A DNA stretch of 64,000 nucleotides. Source: Paragordius varius. Lineage: Eukaryota; Animalia; Nematomorpha. The position numbers and the translations under genes are program-made. The stretch covers positions 4,960,001-5,024,000 of the forward strand of contig OZ176056.1 in the NCBI GenBank assembly GCA_964247055.1, in the 5' to 3' direction. Within the stretch, counting starts at the first letter, position 1; each line of letters opens with the position of its first letter. The notes under the pieces are model-generated. The model saw only the letters and a program-made list of their open reading frames with translations, had not been told where the DNA came from and did not search any database. Below are positions 1 through 12,923 of the stretch, piece by piece.

Positions 1-206
1 AACCAATGTAGCGTGCAGACAATGTTGAGGTAATTAAACAACTCTAATTATATCGACTTTACAAAGACAAAAAGATCAAATATCCGTGGTTAAGACCTAC
101 GAAAAAAACTGATTACCTTTATACCTTTTGACTTATCACAACAACTCCAATTTAAAAAAAGAACATTGATTTTTTCCATTATATTATAATATTTTTAGTT
201 AATTAC

Positions 207-322
207 TCTTTAATTTGATCACATGATTCCAGGGGGTGTTGTGTTAAATCATCAGCCAATCCAAACAATATTTTTTCATTCTCGATGCCAAAAAAGCCAC
301 CCGGTAATTTTTGAAGGAATAA
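207..322 (-). CDS. RhoGAP gene exon (GAP domain, LFLQKLPGGFFGIENEKILFGLADDLTQHPLESCDQIK)
   Basis: Acceptor aatag at 323, donor GTAATT at 206. 116 nt, phase 0 to 2. It continues ...AIASVLK with LFLQKLPGG, matching the RhoGAP motif K.(F/Y)LR.LP. Confidence 0.9.
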
Positions 323-1879
323 CTATTATATATATAAATTATTTAGATTCTAATGAATTTATATACGAAAAATGCATAACAAACAGTTTTTATAGTGATT
401 ATTGATTTTTTTAGTAAAATTACTAAAAGACACAAAATTAAAACAATAAAGAGAAGACAATACTCTATGCGACCAAACTACTGTAATATTTTCAACCAAA
501 GCAGTGAAATATACGTTTGTTTAAAAACCGTCTTAACTTACAATGTTAGTTTTATTGTTTTACTATGTCTAAAAAGTCAATAACCCTACTTTCCTTTTTA
601 ATAAAAACAAACCAATTATATAATTATATATTAGGAAACAAATTTATCCTCCTTTATTTTTTGGAAAGTCTAAAAAAGTATAAATTGAATAATAAATTTA
701 ACCAAAGTCATAGTTATAAAAGATCTAAAGAAGATATAGGTATTAAATTTTCTATTTATTAATTAAAATTTATTTTAGTTCTCTGACGTTCCTTTTATTA
801 TATATATATATATATATATAATATTGTTAAACGTTATTTCCATTAAACAGTTAGTTATATAAAAATGCATTGATTTTTTATATTAAATTCACCATATAAT
901 AAACACCTAATTGTGAATACAACAGAAAAGTATTGTTGTTAATGTATAAATTCAAAAAAAATTTTTTTTTGATATATAAATCAATAATACAAGAGAGTGT
1001 CACATATTAGAGAGGTAAAAATAAATATAAAAAAAATTTTTTTAGGTGAGGTAAGGTTTAAATCACAAAAGAATGAAATAAAATATAATGGAATGGAGAG
1101 AATAAAAAAATTTATATTTTTAACAGCACGCAAAGTAAGAAAGCAAGCAAATTAATAATTACAAAAATTCTGTCACAATCGCGTTTATTCTAAATATATA
1201 TATTTCAGAGGTAAAAAAATTGTGTTTTGTAACACAAACAATAAAAAACTACTTTTTTTCCTGCCTATGTTTCAAATGATTGTAATAAATTAGAGTATTC
1301 AATACTTTTTAGGTAAAAAATGATTTATTCATACTATACGTGAACTGTTATTAAATAAATTTTTTTAAAAATTTTGAAAAAAATTTCTTTATTCCATATA
1401 TATATATATAAATAAAATTTGTAAAAAATGGTTGGTCGGCATCACAAAGATAAAAGACATAGGAGCCTAAAATTACTAAAAAATGAAAACAATGAAAACA
1501 TTTTCAAAGGTGGATTACATGATCAAGTATTAGTATAAAGTAGAGAAAAAATTAAAAAAAAACTAAAAGTTTTTAAAAGGATTAACCTTGTCGTATTAAG
1601 GTAAGATTTAAAATAATTCGTTTTCTGAATTACTTAAAGCAAACAATTACTAGGTAACCTAAAAAAAATAACCAAGACAAGAGATTTCTTGAAAGTTGGA
1701 ATTATTATTATTTTAGATAAAAAGTAGAGCTAAATTTTCAAAAATATCACATTTCATCTTTACAAAAAGTAGTTGGTTTTGCATGCATTTTCAAATTATA
1801 ATTATATATTAATACATCTGGACATTTATTATTACTATTATGAATTAAAAGCTTTTTACCTATACAAAAACCAAACCAA

Positions 1880-1918
<39 letters not shown>

Positions 1919-4097
1919 TATATATATATTTTCAATAATCCCCATATTCAATAGTGTCGCGTCAAACTAAAAAAGATTACATAACTTAAAAATAATATAT
2001 GCTTAAATTCAAAGTAATACATCCTTTTAAGGAATTAATAAGAACCTTTTTGGTATTTAAAAAAAAAATAAACGCGACAAAGAACTTATAAACCATACAC
2101 TCGTAAAAAGTCATACTTATATTTGTAAATTTAATTTATAAATATTGTTAGGGTATAAAATGAGGGAAAAAAATTATAAACCAACAGCCAAATTTAGTTA
2201 GCATGGTACAAAAGTTCTTATAATATAATAATTAATATTGAATATAAAGTGGTTTAAACAAGAGATGTTCAGGACAAATGGCACCGCGGACCTCATTTGT
2301 AATTGAAAAATAACGACGGGCGCTATAAACATGAACATTTATAAATATTTTTTTACTATTTTAACGTAAGAGTCTAGCATACAAAACACTATAAAACATT
2401 TTTTCTAGTCTAGTCCCTTGACAAATAGACGGACGTATAGGCTAAATTTGTTTAAGGAATAACAATTTTACTGAGGAAATTTTTTTGCAAATTATGGATT
2501 TCAAACTTTTTTTTTGTACGCGATAAAATTTAGGGGTAGAAACCTAAATGCTTAAAACAGTAAACTACTGTTTCAAAAGTTGTTTTGGTTAAAAGTTAAT
2601 TATCGTATCCTCTTCTCCTGCATTAGATAAAAATAATTTGGAATTTTACAGTTTTTTAACTTATAGAGTCAATAATTCAAATAGTTCCAATACATGAGTA
2701 AAACAAACAGCTCATTTTAAAATAAATTAATGCAAAAAAATGCTGGTAAAAATTAATTTGCAAAGAAAGTAAACCATAATATATTATTTGCCTGTTGTAT
2801 TCACGATTTAAAAAAAAATAAATATAATAGCGGGCTGATGATTTTTTCCAAATTAAAAAAATTCTTTTGCGTCAGGCGCCTAAAAGGCTACACAGAACAT
2901 ATTTTCAAATTTAGCCCAATGCTAAAAACATTTTTTGAGAAATTTGAACTCAAGCGTATATAAAACTACCCCAAAAAGCTAGGATAACTAATTAAATTAG
3001 TACTATAAAATTAATATTATACGTATTCAGAAATAAAACAATTATATTTTTTCATAATTTTACATTATAAAAACCAATATATTAATGTTTATGCTTGATA
3101 ATATGTTATTACAAAAAGAAAATAAGAATGGAAAATATTTGGGGTCAGGGACAAACCCTCCAATAATAATATTAATTATTTATAAATAAATTATAAAAAA
3201 TAAAAAAACTAATCTCATATAATATTTGAGAACGCAGAAAGTTATACTAACTTATATTTATTCAATACAGGCATATATCATTAATTATTTTTCCTTTAAA
3301 ACATAGATTTCAGAATATATGTATATATTTATATAGAAACATATATCATGGAATATTCAATTTATATCTTTTAAACTAAAAATTATTTTTAAAAAATAAT
3401 TAAAATCCTAAATCTGGAATCTCTAAATGAGAAAGCTTTAAAAATCAAAATATAGGTCTTATATAAATAAAATTCGACCAATTTAACTTTTATATAAAAT
3501 TGAGAAACACAACATTCTACCCATCAATTAATTGTTTTAAGCATAAAAATTATAAACAGACATTTCCTTTGGTGACAAAAAATAAGATAAAAATTAACTT
3601 TACATAAATAAAAAAATATATGTACGACAAATTATTGTCAAAAATTGTATACTTTGTCAAAAATTATGATAAAAGACCCGAAACTTACAATTTGTACTTT
3701 TAGTTTTGGCACCTCTAAGTAACGTCAAACGCAAGTTAATTTTAGAAAAATATAGAGCTATGAAATATAACATATATATTATTAGATATATTATTCGGTA
3801 AATTTAAATCGAAATTTAAAAATATGAACATTAAAAGTTTTTAAAAAATATTCATAAATCTTTTAAAATTTAAAAGATATATACCATAATTATGTGTACC
3901 CACCCATTTTTTTATACAATTATTACAAAAAGGTATATAGATATATTTGAATAATTATAACAATTACATATTCAAAAAAAGTATATAATTATTTTACAAA
4001 AAGCTTTTATCACTAAAAAAACAATATAAAAAAGATATTATTGACATTAAATGTAGATAGAGATGTAAAATATACTCTGTTCTAATCCATCAACATA

Positions 4098-4104
<7 letters not shown>

Positions 4105-4143
<39 letters not shown>
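4105..4143. repeat. (TA)n microsatellite (others at about 800, 1885, 4388, 6950, 31296, 32018)
   Basis: Directly visible TA runs. Confidence 0.95.
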
Positions 4144-4146
<3 letters not shown>

Positions 4147-4384
4147 ACCTGTTAAACTTAAGAAGATATTTAAAAAAAATTTGTCGAATTTATCTTAGAC
4201 AAATGTCAATACTAAAAAGCATTAAACGTGCGTTTATCAATATTTTAATGGGGTCAATAAATGATATGGATATGTTCAAAAATTACCCAAACAAGTGATA
4301 AAACTTATTTTTAAAAATGGAGACATCGAGCCCGAAAAATTCCTTTTACGATAAAATTTTACCATTAATTTATGGTCCAATTTT

Positions 4385-4420
<36 letters not shown>

Positions 4421-4539
4421 AGTTGTCTGGTGAAATTAAGTCAAGAAATATAAACAGTCAAAAAAAATAAATAAAACGTAGAATAAAACTAAATCCAATA
4501 TAATGCAACATACGAAAAATAAGATATAGAAAAATAAAC

Positions 4540-4701
4540 TTTAAGTACGGATGCGATTGCATGAGTGGATGTTTGACTCAAATCAATGCGTTTCCCTTGA
4601 TGCAAGGATTGGAGTAGAGCTTTGACATTGCCACAACTCCCAGGAGCTCGGAATATTTCGCGTTTATACGCTCCATCTTCGATAAGTTTGATAAAACAAA
4701 G
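4540..4701 (-). CDS. RhoGAP gene exon with the arginine-finger motif (LCFIKLIEDGAYKREIFRAPGSCGNVKALL...HAIASVLK)
   Basis: Acceptor taatgcag, donor GTTTAT. 162 nt, phase 0-0. IFRAPG matches the RhoGAP G(I/L)FRxxG motif. From memory the closest type is ARHGAP20/RhoGAP71E (not searched). Confidence 0.93.
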
Positions 4702-4778
4702 CTGCATTAAGAAAAAAAATTAAAAAATCGATGAGTCCAATCTTATTGGCATTGTATTTATAATGTTTTAATCTATAC

Positions 4779-4842
4779 CACTAAAGAATTCGGAATTTCA
4801 TTTCCAACGCAAACTTCTTCGAAAGGGATGCCAAATTTTACC
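4779..4842 (-). CDS. RhoGAP gene exon (VKFGIPFEEVCVGNEIPNSLV)
   Basis: Acceptor tctttag, donor GTATAG, then a 77-nt intron to the next exon. FGIPFEE...IP is the classic start of a RhoGAP domain (FGVPLE...IP). Confidence 0.9.
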
Positions 4843-4865
4843 CTAAAGATTAACATTTCTAAAAC

Positions 4866-4970
4866 CTGTCAATATTTTTTCGTCGCGAAACGACTTTGAC
4901 TATGTTGTCATGTACCTTTTGCACCCATGTGGTCATTTCATTTGATAAAAGGTAATTTTCATATGGATGT
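4866..4970 (-). CDS. RhoGAP gene exon (HPYENYLLSNEMTTWVQKVHDNIVKVVSRRKNIDR)
   Basis: Acceptor atattag. 105 nt, phase 2-2 if the 23-nt intron 4843-4865 (GTTTTAG...TCTTTAG) is used, giving SRRKNIDR-VKFGIPF. An alternative 50-nt intron (4866-4915) also keeps the frame. Confidence 0.75.
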
Positions 4971-5938
4971 CTAATATAAATGCAAAGCCTATATTGATCG
5001 ATAAAAACAGACAAACAATAAAACGTTATATGATATGATACTAAAATAAAACGGCTAAGTAATATTTTTATAATTAGCAGTACACCAATAAATTTTCTTG
5101 TTACTATCTTAACTATAAATTCCATATTATAATTTATAATTAAAGCAAAATATAGAAAATATAATTCACATCAAGCACTATTATATAACTTATTCATACA
5201 AATTGGGGTGCTGACGACTCCAACCTTTTACTATTATCAAGATAGGTGTATTCAACAAATTCAAAAGTTTTATAATATGGCAAGGATACACAAAATATAA
5301 AAATTCATCCCTCCTATATTATGGTCTACCCTAAGGAAAAAATTTATTACGAAAAACTGGCTAATTTTAGTCCTAATTTACTATATATGAATTAATAAAA
5401 TAGCCGTAGATCAAAAACATTATACTTTGCAAATCAATTCTATATATATGGAAATTATATGCAGGCCTTGATGCGTTTGGAAAAAATGAATAATCTCATT
5501 TTAAAGCTAATTTATTCAATTATTTATAAGTACACCAAAAGGGACTAGGTCCTTTTCTAAACCAGGTTGTGAGTTTTGCCCCACCCCTTCTAAAACTCGG
5601 TTTTGTGAAAAATTATATTCCAAAGAAGATAATTTTAAAATGTGTGGGTGCAGAAAGTTTCAACAATGAATTTTAGAATGTTTTTTACCGACAATTATTA
5701 CAGATTTCTTTGAATTAGCCCTTCAAAACCCTACTCAATGTAAAAATAGGGGTTCAAAAAATATTAAATTTGGAACAATTTTGGAAAACGTGTAGTTCCA
5801 TGTAACAAAGGTAAAAAAATTTTATTTATTAACACGGTGTTTGGAAAAAATGACCTATTGTTTTTATATTCTAATAAGAAAATACATACGAATTATGATG
5901 TAACTTGTAATTTTTGCCTTTCCTAGTAGTAGAAGTAT

Positions 5939-8101
5939 TCACAGTTTTCTGGTAGGTGTGGGAAAATATGGGCTCTTTTTTTACAAATAAAATTTTTTTG
6001 TGAAAGCTAATGCTTCATTATCACTAAAAAAATTTTTATACTAATAACAAGCAAAATAATATAAAATATCTTCAGATGTGGTCTTCCAAAGTCCTAAATT
6101 TCTTTCGTTCTCATAAAATAAGCTAATTCTTTTAAAATAAACGAAATGCCGCTGGCGTAATAAATAATTCTAAATATTATATAAATTTGATATCAACTAA
6201 AAATATTTTAAAAATGCATAATTTTTTCAAAAATTTAATCTTTAACAAACTTTTGTTCAAGCGTACTTATACTAGTTTGACACTAGATGGAAACGGTTTT
6301 AAACGCTTTATGATATAATTATAAAAATACTTTTTCTAATTCAATGACGCTAAATATTTCTATTACCTAGAGTTTTTATTGTTCGCTAATTTGTTATAAA
6401 TTGGGTTTTTTGTAAAATTCACCAAAATTAAAATAAAGGAAACTCATATTATTCTGAAGCGATAGAAATGTTATTCATCAAATTATATCGAAAAGTGTTT
6501 TCATCATGTCTAAAAGCGTATTTTCAGCATTTTCATTATGCCTAAAAATCGTATTAAGCACGCCTAAAAAAATTTAGTAAAATAAAATTTTTGTAAAGAT
6601 TTTTTAAAAATATTTTTTTATGTTTAATAGTCATTTTAATTTTATCGCGCAATCCCGTTTTGCGTTTATTTTAAGAGAACTAGCACATTTTAATAAAGTA
6701 AAAAATGGAAACTTGACCACTTCTAGAAACTAATTTTAAAAATATTGTTATAGGTAATTTTTAATATATTTTAGTTTATTTTCTGGAAGCTTTTAGCTTT
6801 TACAAAAAAAATTTTATGTAAAAATATGTGGGCAAATTTCGCCATTTTCTAATGTCGAGAATTTACCAGAAAAGGTTAATTAAATTTCTTTTATCACTAT
6901 TTAGGGCTAAAACCAAAAGCGCTATGATTATCATGATACATTTTCCTATCATATATATATATATATAGTGTACAAAATCAAGCGTCATGAAAAAAAATTT
7001 TGATGGAATAAATATATTCTGATAGAAAGATATATAGGAATCTCATGATGCTTTTGGTTTTGAGGCTTACGAGTGACATTAGAAAGTAATTCATGCTTTT
7101 GTGGTAAGTGTTCTGTATCAGAAAATGGCAAAATTTGATTACATATTTTATAATAAAATTTTGATAGAGGATGCTGTATTCCAAAAAATATCACGAAAAT
7201 ATATCATAAACTACGTATAAAAAAACAATATTTTATAATATTTTAATTTTTAGATATGCGCTCCAAAAGTCTCAAATTTTAATCTTATCTAACGGGCTAT
7301 TTAAAATAAAGCAAAAATGGATTGACGATAAAAAAATTTGATATATGCTAAATTTTAACATATTTACTAAAATGCTTACTAAAAAATCATTTTTTAGCAA
7401 TATTTTGTTGAAGCGTGCCTCTTACTATTTTTAGGCATGATGGAAACGGCATATTACTTTTTCTATGTAATTTGATGATGCTGAACATTTCTATTGCTCT
7501 AAAATTGTAATTTAAAGGTTACTTTCGAATTTTGATTATTTTTATAAAAAACACAACATATATTTGACATAAATTCGAAGACAAATAAATATTTTAATCA
7601 AAATTCTGAGGAGATAGAGTTCAGCAACATCAAAATATATAACAATAGTGTACGCTTCAAAAAAACTTTTTGCTAAAAATTAAATTTTTGTAAAGAGTGC
7701 CCATTTTTTAAAAAATATTTTTTTTGATGTCAAAATTTAGCACGTATTAAAATTTATCGCGCAATCCCGGCATTTTTGCCTTTATTTTAAATGAAATAGC
7801 CCGCTTTAGAAGAATAAAATTTGGGACTTTCGGAACCCACATCTAAATATAAAAATATTATTTTGCTTTGTAAGTAATTTATGATATATTTTAGTGATTT
7901 TTGGAAAGCAGTATTTAGCTTTTATCAAAAAAAAATTATTACAAAAAATGTGGTCACATTTTCTGATATGGAAAACTTACCACAAAAGTGTAAATAACTT
8001 TCTCATATCACTCGTAAGCCCGAAAACTAAAAGCATCATGATATTCCTGATTCTATCGGAATATATATATTTCATCATGATATTTTTTTGGGTACACTGT
8101 G
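5939..8101. mobile_element. Two adjacent non-autonomous foldback elements with CACAG(TG)-type ends
   Basis: 6964-8101 has long imperfect inverted arms and ends in ...ACACTGTG. 5939-6960 is a related copy beginning CACAGTTT. Both share the core AGATGTGGGCTCC.AAAGTCC. Confidence 0.7.
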
Positions 8102-8131
8102 TATGCCATATTTCACCCCAATTTTACCATG

Positions 8132-11100
8132 TGTTATGTTTAATAACTTAATTGTTTTTAACTTAATTGTTTTTGTTAACTTAAACTCAATTGACCTTTT
8201 TTAGTTAACTAATGAAAATATAATATTATTCTTCTCTCTTACCTTAGTGCATAATACACTTTTGTCCCTGTTACGCTAAAAATGTTTATTATCTGGGTTT
8301 CGAATGCTTTCACCTAAATACTGTAATATTGAACCTTATGCAAATATATAACTTGGTTGTAAATGCTTTCATCTAAATATTGTAATATTAAACCTTATGC
8401 AAAAAAGCAACCTTGTTCCAAAACTATATATAATGCAATATATTTTATACAGGAGATATAATTTTCTATGCTATAATAAATTCATTTCGCTTATTAAATT
8501 GGCGCGGTTATTTATTTGACGATATTCATTATTAAGAAAAAAATCAGTATTGAAAGTTATAAAATCAATAATAATTTTACGGAATATATTAAATATTTAC
8601 GAAGAAATTTTGTAATTAAAGGAATACAGGATAATAATGAAAGCATTAAAGCCATCTTTCTTGCTCAATCCGGTATTGATAATATTTCTAAAATGGAGCA
8701 ATTCTTTTACCCGCTTAACATTGAAACCATTTCTTTGGAGGAGATTTATGAAGCGGGGGTGAAAATATTTCACCCAACCAAAAATACCTTTAGCCCAATT
8801 CGATTTTTTTAGAGCGGAACGACTAGCGGGTGAAGGATTCCTGGAATTTTTATAAGACTCAAAAATTTAGCCGCCGCATGCGAGTTCAAAGGGAACATTG
8901 ACGAGCTCATACGGGACGTATTTGTTTGTGGGTTGGAGGAAAAAAAAATCTAGAGACCGAACTACTTAACAGGTACCCGAGGACACTAGACAACGACACA
9001 CCAGTGGGATTAAATAAGGTTCTAAATTTGGCTCTAGCGTATGAAAATTCTCACCTGGAAGCTAACTCAGTGAGAGCGATATATAATAATGATACTATAG
9101 AAAATAATAATAATGGTAATAATTTTGTTAATAATAATGAAAGTTATATAATATTAATAGGACAGATAATAATGAAATATTTCTGGTTAGACGCAAATCT
9201 AGCGTAAAATCGTGTTTCAAATGCGGTCGCACCCACAAATACGGATGCTGTCCAGCTTTTGGAGGAATGCTTCAAATGTCACGGTAGAAATCTTTGGAAG
9301 CCAATGCCAAAACAAATTCGCCAGCAATAACAGGTATGTGAATAATATAGTAAAAAAGCCTAAAATAAATGTAAAAATAAACCGACACGGGGGCCGACAT
9401 ATCGTTAATAAATCTTAGCACGTGGTCTAAGATAAAGAAGCCTAAAATAAAACCCATTAATTTTAAAATAAACACATATGATAATAATCCTTTACACATA
9501 ATAGGAGAGACAACTGTAACTCTTGAATTAAATAAAATAACAAAGATAACAAAGTGCTTTATTACAAAAAGACATCTTCCTCTAATATTTGGCATGGATT
9601 GGATCCAGCTATTCAATATCCCATTGCCTAACGAATTATATATTAATGAATTATATCACACAACCGATATTTACAATAAATTTAAGTCTTTATTTGATAA
9701 CAAATTGGGTGCTTTATTACAAAAAGACATCTTCCTCTAATATTTGGCATGGATTGGATCCAGCTATTCAATATCCCATTGCCTAACGAATTATATATTA
9801 ATGAATTATATCACACAACCGATATTTACAATAAATTTAAGTCTTTATTTGATAACAAATTGGGTTGTTGGAAAAGGGAACCCATAAAGATATTTTTAGA
9901 AAACAATAGTAGGGGCCGGGTATTTCCGGCTAGAAGGGTCCTTGGCCTTACAAGAAAAATTAAGTGAAGAGATCAAAAAGATAGTCCTTAAAAATTATTG
10001 AACCAGTAGACCCTAAGCAGTCTAAAATTGGTCCAGTCCTATAGTAAATGTATTAAAGTCGAATAATGAATTAAGGATATGCGCAGATTTTAAAGTGTCA
10101 ATAAACAAATACATTAAAACACCTCAATATAATACCCACATTTGATTATTTGATTTCCAAAATTTCACATGGTAAGACGTTTTCAACATTAGATTTAAAA
10201 GATGCTTATCTTCAAATTCCAGTGCACCCGGAATCTCAAAATCTTCTCAAAATATCCACACTTCTAGGGTTTTTACAATATACTAGGCTCCCTTTTGGTC
10301 TGTCGTGCGCACCTAGTTTTTTCCAACAGATCATGGATGAGCTATTAGGAGATTGTAAGTGAACAGCGGTCTATTTAGATGATGTAATTGTTACGGGGGG
10401 ATGAGGATCATTATAGAAACCTAACAAAAGTATTTGAAAGATTAGAACGAATGGGTCTTAAATTTAAAAAAGATAAAATAAAGCTTTTTCAACAGAAAGT
10501 AGAATATTTGGGGTTTACTATATCATAAAAAAGTATAAAACCAGCGAGAATTAAGATTAAGGTCATTCGCGAGTGTCCAGCCCCCAAGGATAAAACAATT
10601 TTCCGCTAGTTTTTGGGCCTTTTAAACTTTCATTCACGATTTATACCTTCTCTAAATACAATTGTCAACAAACTTCATCAGCTAGCTGGTTCCAAAAGGA
10701 AATGGTGTTGGACCGGGTTGCACCAAAATAATTTTGAAAGGGCGAAGTTGTTAATTGGAATACAGCCGCCTCTTCCCTTTTTTCTCCCTTATTCTAGAAA
10801 CAGATGCATCTGGGGAGGGGTTCGGGGCCATCCTGTCGCACAGGACGTCGGAAGGTAAACGACCCATTGCATATTTTTCAAAAAAATGTTCCCCAGCAAA
10901 GAAAAATTATTCGGTTATAGAAAAAGAGGCAAAAGTATTTGTATTGGCCCTAGAGAAATTTAACACATTTTATATGGTAGAAAATTCAATATTAGAACAG
11001 ACCATAACCCTCTTATCAAATTATTCGGACATCAACGTGTATTAGGCGAGCTAACAATAGTAAATTGCTAAGATGGATTTCAAAAACATCCATTTTCCAC

Positions 11101-12923
11101 TTCAACATAATGTACTACCCGGGAACCGAAAATCTAGCAGACTCACTATCAAGAATACCAACTGAGATAACTGAAGAGTGTGACAATGACGAGGATATAG
11201 CGCAGGAGGTCCGGTTGCTATGGTGTCAGGAGTTAAACTTAAACAAGGACAAGGTGATTAAGGAAACTATGAGCGATGAGGTGTGTAAACAGATTAAAGC
11301 AGCATGAAAGACCAATAATTGGTCTCATCCCGGGGTACAGTCCTATATACCACTGAGAAACGATATCGAAGAATCATACCGCCTTCTATATCTAGGTGGC
11401 CGTCTTATTGTTACTCAAAGCATGAGGGTCGATATTCTTACTTATCTTTATAAAGGTCACCCTGGTATCCAGTCCATAAGCGTTAGGTAAGACTGGTGTG
11501 TTTTGGCCAAAATTGAACCAGGATATCGAAAAATGGGTGCAAGGATGTTCAAGTTGACAAAAGTCGCGGTTCAACATTGCAGTAAGCCCGACTTATAAAT
11601 AGAACCCGAACACCACTGTTTGGGAGCGATTGCATTTCGATATGGCGGGGCCCGTAGATAACCTCTACTGGGTCATACTTATAGATCAATTCACCCGTTG
11701 GGTGGAAGTAGTACAGTTAAAACAGTGAACTCGATCAGTATTTTGAAAGTTTTCGAAAGTTGGTTTCACGATATGGCACCCCAGAGATGATCGTAACTGA
11801 TAATGCGTCGTATTTTTAGACCGGTGATTTTAAAAGAATATTAAGTCAAGCATGTAACTTCTGCGCCATACCACCCTCGGACAAATGGTTTAGTGGTAAG
11901 GGTAATTCAAACGTTGAAAACGCACTATTATATGTGTAATTCTGAAGTAACAGATCCAGAACGCCGGTTAAACCAGGTACTGTGGGCCTACAGGTCAGCA
12001 CATCACAATGGTATAAATGAGACACCTGCACGACTATTTTTAAAACGAAATTTACCGACACCGCTGTCCTGGATGAAAGGAAAACCAAAGAATTATATTG
12101 ATGATGGTACCTCAAATAGAATACGTGAGTTCGTTCCAGGTGAGAAAGTGTTTATAAAGAATAAGTTAGAAGCCGGTTGACGAGTAGAGCGGACTGGATT
12201 ATTGTCATACAATATCGAAGATAGAGGGATGATTTTACGAAAGCATACTGATCAATTAAGAGGGCGAAAAGAAGGTCCAGATGAACTTAAGCTAACCGAC
12301 TAGAAAGAATTGGAATCGGAACAACCTAATAATAATGACGATAATATCATAGCCACCCCCTTTCATGGCCTTATTGATGACAATATCAATGATGATACCA
12401 ATCCTTCCCCGGATATCTGTCAAGAATTCCACAATAATCAGCAAAGTTTAACGGGGAGATGGCAGAACCCCCAAGCCTGGAAGTACCAGTCGAGAGACGC
12501 TATCCTACCAGAAGCCGAAAAGCCCCTGACAGATACACGAATCACTTATAAATTTAGATAGGAGATATGTTATGTTTAATAACTTAATTGTTTTTGTTAA
12601 CTTAATTGTTTTTGTTAACTTAAACTCAATTAACCTTTTTTAGTCAACTAATGAAAATATTATAATATCCTTCTCTCTTACCTTAGTGCATAATACACTT
12701 TTGTCCCTGTTACGCTAAAAATGTATATTATCTTGGTTTTGAACGCTTTCACCTAAATACTGTAATATTGAACCTTATGCAAATATATAACTTGGTTGTA
12801 AATGCTTTCATCTAAATATTGTAATATTTAACCTTATGCAAAAAAGCAACCTTGTTCCAAAACTATATATAATGCAATATATTTTATACAGTAGATAATA
12901 ACTCTCTAATTTCGCTTATTCAA
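8132..12923 (+). mobile_element. Ty3/Gypsy (Mag-like) LTR retrotransposon, full-length but decayed
   Basis: Similar LTRs 8132-8498 and 12568-12923, 5-bp TSD CCATG, PBS TGGCG at 8500, purine tract before the 3' LTR. Gag with Cys-His knuckle, RT YLDDVIVTG, RNase H TDASGEGFGA, integrase HPG, DMAGP and YHPRTNG, in RT-RH-IN order. Many stops and frameshifts. Confidence 0.95.
9554..9863 (+). repeat. 155-bp tandem duplication inside Gypsy pol
   Basis: gtgctttattacaaaaagac...gataacaaattgg is present twice back to back (starts 9554 and 9709). Confidence 0.9.

Noticed and set aside
1-55. Stop-codon reassignment as the explanation for the in-frame TAA
   Set aside because: TAA and TAG terminate the GPCR and micro-exon ORFs normally, and the long ORFs are open under the standard code.
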